From an uncultured bacterium (GTDB lineage Bacteria; Babelota; Babeliae; Babelales; Vermiphilaceae): a stretch of 64,000 bases of DNA. The notes beneath the pieces are model-generated. The model worked only from the letters and a program-made list of their open reading frames with translations. It made no database searches and was not told the origin of the DNA. The translations under genes and the position numbers were made by a program. Shown one piece after another: positions 59,405 to 64,000 of this stretch; the first letter of the stretch is position 1, and each line of letters starts with the position of its first letter. The stretch lies in assembly GCA_963727255.1 (NCBI GenBank), contig CAVSFC010000001.1, forward strand, positions 1 through 64,000. Reading direction: 5' to 3'.

Positions 59405-59806
59405 ATGAAAAAGAATTTATTGCTTTTATTTTGCTTAATCACAATTACTTCTATTGAGGGAATGGAAAATCCAAATTCGCTGATTAGAGCTAAAAAAACT
59501 TATCAAGAAGAAGAAGCAATAAGTTTTGAACAATATCACAAAATGAGTCTTTTAGGCGCTTTTACGACCTATAAAAAAGTCGAAATGACTCCGGAGCAAC
59601 GGCAGAAACTGAGCAAACTAAAAAAGTTAGCCTTATATCCGGATGTAAAAGTTTTAACTACCGGCGTAACTATCAGCGCCTCACTTGCCGCCCTTTCAGC
59701 ACTTGCAGCATATCAAGGCTATCCTAAAACTTCTCTTGGGTTAGGAGTCGGGGCCGGGCTTACTGCTGCGGGAACCGGGTCTATAATTCTTGCTCCGCCT
59801 CGATAA
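59405..59806 (+). CDS. Secreted protein with C-terminal Gly-rich TM hairpin
   Basis: Paralog of 58522-58923. Confidence 0.8.
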   Translation: MKKNLLLLFCLITITSIEGMENPNSLIRAKKTYQEEEAISFEQYHKMSLLGAFTTYKKVEMTPEQRQKLSKLKKLALYPDVKVLTTGVTISASLAALSALAAYQGYPKTSLGLGVGAGLTAAGTGSIILAPPR

Positions 59807-59851
59807 TATAAGTTCAAAAAAAGACTCAATCAAAAAATAAGGAATATCAAT

Positions 59852-60193
59852 ATGAATACTTTTTCCCGATTAGCATTACTTGGTGTGATGCTCAATGTTA
59901 CAGGCGCATATCTTCATGCGGGTATACAAAATGGCAGGAATATTCCTGATGAGATTTTGGTCCTGAATGACACAAATCAAGTAGCAACTATTAATGGCCA
60001 GTGCTATAACCCTCAGCAAGAAGCTCGCGTATTAACGACAGATCAAGCAGGAGCAGTAGAGCTCCAAGTTGGTGATCAGTCCTATGTTTTTGTTTACCCT
60101 CTTTATCAGGAAGGTGTCTCTACTCAAGAAATATGGAGTTTCTCGAGAGCTACCGTATCTGATATAATGGCTGGGCGCGCAGCAATAGAATAG
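59852..60193 (+). CDS. Secreted hypothetical protein
   Basis: AAGGA RBS, signal peptide ending LHA. Confidence 0.7.
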   Translation: MNTFSRLALLGVMLNVTGAYLHAGIQNGRNIPDEILVLNDTNQVATINGQCYNPQQEARVLTTDQAGAVELQVGDQSYVFVYPLYQEGVSTQEIWSFSRATVSDIMAGRAAIE

Positions 60194-60227
60194 GCACTTG
60201 CTAACAATAAATTTGTGCTAATTAATT

Positions 60228-60283
60228 ATCCAGGATGGATAAAATTTTAATGAAACATCTTATCTATCCTGGATTCATTTTTT
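60228..60283 (+). terminator. Inverted repeat / possible intrinsic terminator
   Basis: ATCCAGGATGGATAA ... TTATCTATCCTGGAT followed by a T run. Confidence 0.45.
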
Positions 60284-60354
60284 AGCGTGAGCCGCTTTCC
60301 TTGGGACTTGGTTATAGATGGCAAAGAATAATAAAAAAATTTTAAGGATTATTT

Positions 60355-61023
60355 ATGCACGTGAGAATAGCTTCTCTATTTTTTTTAACAACATTGCTTT
60401 TGAGCACAATTTCTTCCGCTATGACTATTAACGGGAAAAAAATTAAAGAGCTCATTAAGCCGGGGCAGGTATTAACCTACAATGATCAGGGTGCAGATAA
60501 TGTGGTAGTTCGTATTAAAAATGGAAATATTGAAATCGGTTCATATAACATAAAAGATGCCGATCGCATGAAAGTGAGAGAATTTTACCAGATGCTCTGC
60601 AGCAACAAAGACAAATTAGTTCAGCGAATATCGCCAGATACCGTGGAACTTCGAGCATTAGGAGATATTACGGTAAAAGGTGCGTATTACTCCGGCGATG
60701 AAGAAGTGGTATTAGAATCTTGTAGCGATCTAACAATAACTGATGCAATCTTAAGAGCAAAACAAGTTGCCTGCATCGGCAAAACAATACATTTTGCAAA
60801 CGGCTGCTTTCTTGAAACAAATCGATTGCAACTGGAATCCAAAGTACCATCTTCTTTATGCAAAATTATTCGATTTACGCTCGCAAAAAATAGTGAATTT
60901 CCTTCATCGGTCCAAGGAAAATTAAATTTCGGTACATTTTGCACTGATGAAACAACCCAAGAGCTTTTGGTTGTAGGCGCTAATAAAGCTGAAATTGTAC
61001 TTGCAGAACAGGCATTTGAATAA
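60355..61023 (+). CDS. Secreted hypothetical protein (beta-rich)
   Basis: Signal ending SSA-MT. Confidence 0.7.
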   Translation: MHVRIASLFFLTTLLLSTISSAMTINGKKIKELIKPGQVLTYNDQGADNVVVRIKNGNIEIGSYNIKDADRMKVREFYQMLCSNKDKLVQRISPDTVELRALGDITVKGAYYSGDEEVVLESCSDLTITDAILRAKQVACIGKTIHFANGCFLETNRLQLESKVPSSLCKIIRFTLAKNSEFPSSVQGKLNFGTFCTDETTQELLVVGANKAEIVLAEQAFE

Positions 61024-61031
61024 GGCCCTTT

Positions 61032-61562
61032 ATGAATCAGATAAAAAGAATCGCCATTATCGGTAATGCCGGTTCGGGCAAATCAACTCTCACGCAAAAA
61101 TTGCACACAATTACCAATCTTCCAGTATATTATCTTGACCAATATTTCTGGAAACCAGGTTGGGTGCGAACTGATCCGGATGAATATAAAAAAATGCATG
61201 ATGCCATTTGCGATAAAGATTCATGGATTATTGATGGCATCAATCTGAGAGTAATGGAATACCGCATACAAAGAGCAGACATGATTATCTTTTTAGATAT
61301 GCCGCGATATCTTTGTTTTTGGCGAATTTTTAAGCGAACTTTTAAAAATTATGGCAAAGAGACGACGAGTAGCCCGCAGGGTTGCCCCGAGCGATTTAAT
61401 TGGGAATTTATAAAATTCCTCAAGTGGGTCTGGGATTTTAAAAAGAAATATCCGGCAGCAGTAAAAGCGTTACTCAAAAAATACTCTGATGACAAGCAGA
61501 TTTATATTTTTAGATCACAACAAGAAGTTGATGCGTTTATTAAGAAGACAGGCAGCTTATAA
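61032..61562 (+). CDS. FlaR/topology-modulation-like P-loop kinase (copy B2)
   Basis: Close paralog of 49293-49826. Confidence 0.85.
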   Translation: MNQIKRIAIIGNAGSGKSTLTQKLHTITNLPVYYLDQYFWKPGWVRTDPDEYKKMHDAICDKDSWIIDGINLRVMEYRIQRADMIIFLDMPRYLCFWRIFKRTFKNYGKETTSSPQGCPERFNWEFIKFLKWVWDFKKKYPAAVKALLKKYSDDKQIYIFRSQQEVDAFIKKTGSL

Positions 61563-62486
61563 AGCTTTTTGTTGCTCAGCTAATGGAACTAAATACTCCA
61601 ATGCTTTAGTGCGGGAATCATGGCGCGTCCATCCCAATGCATTGCTGATGCTATCTGCAATGGCAAATGGGGAAAAATAACGCGTCCAGGATCTTTTGGC
61701 ATAATATTCATCCCACCCTTTAATACAGCGATTAGCATAATCTACCGCCCCTTGAGCACAATTAAGCTTAGTTGCAGAAACGATATCCGCCTCTTTTTCC
61801 ATATATTGCGATAAACGAGAGCAAAGAGTCATCATGATAGCAAATGGGATAATTGGATTTTTAGCAATAAAATCAACCGTTTTTTTAGCTGCTGTGATAC
61901 ATTTACCTTTAAAGTCATCTTTTTTGCTCGCGTTAGCCAATTGATCTAATTTAAGTTTTGCAAATCCAAGAATAAGCGGGACTCCGAATACTATAGCATA
62001 CGTGCCAATCAGCATTTTCTCAGAATGATTCTTTTCTATATGAGTAATTTCATGCCCCATTATATATTTTTGTATTTCTGGAGAATATGAAAAAAGTCGT
62101 TCTTCCAAAACAATATGATTTCCTTGAGCATAGCAATCTTTTCCACCACGATGGAATGTAATTTTGTGTTGCGGGTTCATGCCTCTCACGGCTTCCTGCA
62201 TTGCTTCAGGTAAATCCAATACTGCCGCCCGCGAAGTCTTACTACTCGTCATAGCGAGCGCTTTAATAAAGTATGTCGCCCCATATGCTGCTATTAAAAG
62301 TGCTTGGCCTTCAGGAGATATTAAAAACTTTCCTCCCTTTTTTGCATAGGCAATTGCTTTTCCCGCCAACTCTTTAGCCTTAGAAAAAATTCCAGGATTG
62401 GAAGGCGCCGGGTTTGCGGAAAGAGGGATATTAAAGAATAGTGAGAAGGTTAAAAATAATGCTAAAAAACGCATTCGAATCTCCAT
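61557..62486 (-). CDS. M48/HtpX-like zinc metallopeptidase
   Basis: GHEITHI, EKEAD, TM segments. Confidence 0.8.
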   Translation of the reverse strand: MEIRMRFLALFLTFSLFFNIPLSANPAPSNPGIFSKAKELAGKAIAYAKKGGKFLISPEGQALLIAAYGATYFIKALAMTSSKTSRAAVLDLPEAMQEAVRGMNPQHKITFHRGGKDCYAQGNHIVLEERLFSYSPEIQKYIMGHEITHIEKNHSEKMLIGTYAIVFGVPLILGFAKLKLDQLANASKKDDFKGKCITAAKKTVDFIAKNPIIPFAIMMTLCSRLSQYMEKEADIVSATKLNCAQGAVDYANRCIKGWDEYYAKRSWTRYFSPFAIADSISNALGWTRHDSRTKALEYLVPLAEQQKAL

Positions 62487-62690
62487 TTGAGCGCTAAGGA
62501 ATTATCTCATTTTCCAGGATAGCAAAAAATATTATTTAATCAATTAAGCATTATTACAAATTAGAATATATTTATAATAGAAAATAATATTAATTTTGCG
62601 TAGTGTCACAGGCTTTGTAGATCAAAATTTTTTTAGTATTTCTCACTACTTTTGTTACTCTTAGACCTGCAAAAAGCGTTTACAATAACA

Positions 62691-62739
62691 TAGATGTATG
62701 TTTTAAGATCACGCCAAGAAGTTGATGCTTTTGTTAAAA
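62691..62739 (+). pseudogene. Degenerate copy of FlaR-like gene 3' end
   Basis: About 40/49 nt match (aligned by eye) to 61497-61545. Confidence 0.65.
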
Positions 62740-62797
62740 GTTTAAAGCATAGCTAGCACAGCAAGTGCCGTCTGATGTAGAAATTGGCAACCAATTT

Positions 62798-63328
62798 TTA
62801 CTTTCTATTTTTAGTTCTTAAAAATTTTTCATATTCACTTGGCAATGGAATGCCAAAATGTTCGCATAATGCTCGCACATCATGATAATCATTCTCATCC
62901 AATTTATAACCCGTATGAAATTTCACCATCCATTCTAACGATATGCACTTGACAGGATGGCCGTCTATTGTACCAACTCCGGTAAGTGATTCCAAAGGAT
63001 ATCTGACTCCGAAAATATTGTTACCGTGCGCATCAAAAGTATATGAATGAAAATCAATTTCATGGCCTTCATTATCACCCATAACAAAATTACATTCTGT
63101 TGTATCAGCGCGAGGTATATCTTTATAACCTTTTGCTTCAAGTAATTGGCGGAGCCGAGGAACATATTTATGCTGCAAAGCGATATCCAGATCACCATGC
63201 TTACGTGTTTGTTTACCGAGCAATGCATCAACACCCCAGCCGCCATCAATTATAATTTCAATATCGTTTTCTTCGCAAAGCTTAAGAATTTCAATAACAT
63301 CTTGCGCTGGCATTTCTTTTTTTCCCAT
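62798..63328 (-). CDS. Lnu/ANT(2'')-like nucleotidyltransferase
   Basis: DGGWGVDALLGKQTRKHGDLDI, IDFH, FHTGY, D..DV. Confidence 0.85.
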   Translation of the reverse strand: MGKKEMPAQDVIEILKLCEENDIEIIIDGGWGVDALLGKQTRKHGDLDIALQHKYVPRLRQLLEAKGYKDIPRADTTECNFVMGDNEGHEIDFHSYTFDAHGNNIFGVRYPLESLTGVGTIDGHPVKCISLEWMVKFHTGYKLDENDYHDVRALCEHFGIPLPSEYEKFLRTKNRK

Positions 63329-63333
63329 CAGAT

Positions 63334-63867
63334 TCAATCTTTCATATAATGGCTGGCAACCCAATTAACCATTTCATCAATGGTCATTTTTCCTGAATCC
63401 AGAATTGGCACATTCATTTCTAATGCCTGGTCTTTTAAAAACTGTGCCCAATTATCCATATCTTGATTAATCAATTCAGATTGCTGGCGATTAATGCGCA
63501 AGCGCTCATGCCGAATGGCATCATCGCAATGAATCAAAACTGTTTTATAATTGGTAAAGGTATGTTTTTTACAAGCTTCATCAAAAAACATTAAATTAAC
63601 TTGACCCTCTAAAAATATTAATTTTGTATCTTTATATTCAGTAATAAGCTTATCAACCCAACGTTCAGTCATAGCTCTTTGCCATTCGCTGGGACTGCCA
63701 TACTGCTGGATCATTTCCTGAACAGAAGGAACACCGATGTTATCAAAATGAAGGCATACTGTTGATTCGGACGGAACTTGGCTACACAATTTCTTGAGTA
63801 ATGTAGTTTTGCCAGCGCCTGAAACGCCAGATATAAAAAGAATAAAGGGAACACTCATGTTTATCAT
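63334..63867 (-). CDS. P-loop kinase-like hypothetical protein
   Basis: ISGVSGAGKTT, HFD.IGVPS, LEGQ. Confidence 0.8.
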   Translation of the reverse strand: MINMSVPFILFISGVSGAGKTTLLKKLCSQVPSESTVCLHFDNIGVPSVQEMIQQYGSPSEWQRAMTERWVDKLITEYKDTKLIFLEGQVNLMFFDEACKKHTFTNYKTVLIHCDDAIRHERLRINRQQSELINQDMDNWAQFLKDQALEMNVPILDSGKMTIDEMVNWVASHYMKD

Positions 63868-64000
63868 TTACCAACTTTTACTGCTTCGATAGCCGAAAGC
63901 ATTGAACCGGGAATAGGCGTAATTTTATCAAGTTTTAATCCTGAAACTTCAAACAACTTTTCAAAATCTTTTTTGGTTCGTTCTTTACCGCCAAAAATAA
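63864..64000 (-). CDS. O-methyltransferase C-terminus (partial, runs off window)
   Basis: IFGGKERTKKDFEKLFEVSGLKL...SAIEAVKVGK*. Confidence 0.7.
   Translation of the reverse strand, partial: IFGGKERTKKDFEKLFEVSGLKLDKITPIPGSMLSAIEAVKVGK

Noticed and set aside
58007..61023. Classical integron cassette array
   Set aside because: No tyrosine integrase and no attC-like palindromes; junction repeats are stop-RBS-leader sequence.
14163..61562. Diversity-generating retroelement or prophage explaining the variable repeats
   Set aside because: No reverse transcriptase or phage genes, and differences between copies do not look adenine-specific.

Overview
AT-rich bacterial chromosome segment. Gene content (many ankyrin, F-box/BC-box-like, DUF2608-HAD, APH, GNAT and signal-peptide proteins) suggests an intracellular parasite of protists. 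Candidatus Dependentiae/Babelota is my best guess; this is inference, not a search result. Bases 1-3352 are housekeeping: a minus-strand tRNA cluster Tyr-Gly-Thr-Thr interleaved with REP-like palindromes, then bfd-like, tsaE, an NYN RNase and an isolated atpG. The remaining ~60 kb is a fast-turnover accessory region built from two segmental duplications. Block A (racemase/His-phosphatase/APH/hypothetical/GNAT) lies at ~14.2-23.8 kb and ~34.7-39.8 kb. Block B (APC permease/DUF2608/promoter/.../FlaR-like kinase) lies at ~44.1-49.8 kb and ~55.6-61.6 kb. In both, the conserved anchor genes enclose different cargo in each copy. The region also holds two IS982-family copies, each disrupting a gene, a 1926-aa CdiA/FHA-like protein with a caspase-like peptidase tip, a type II TA pair and several deletion scars. 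The strongest candidate for an undescribed system is an effector-export code: 19 predicted secreted proteins place a Met right after the signal-peptidase site (16 of them Met-Glu/Gln/Asp). Several follow it with eukaryote-type addresses (mitochondrial presequence-like, F-box-like, BC/SOCS-box-like), and promoter-RBS-leader modules are reused in front of unrelated cargo. All functional calls are from motif recognition by eye.
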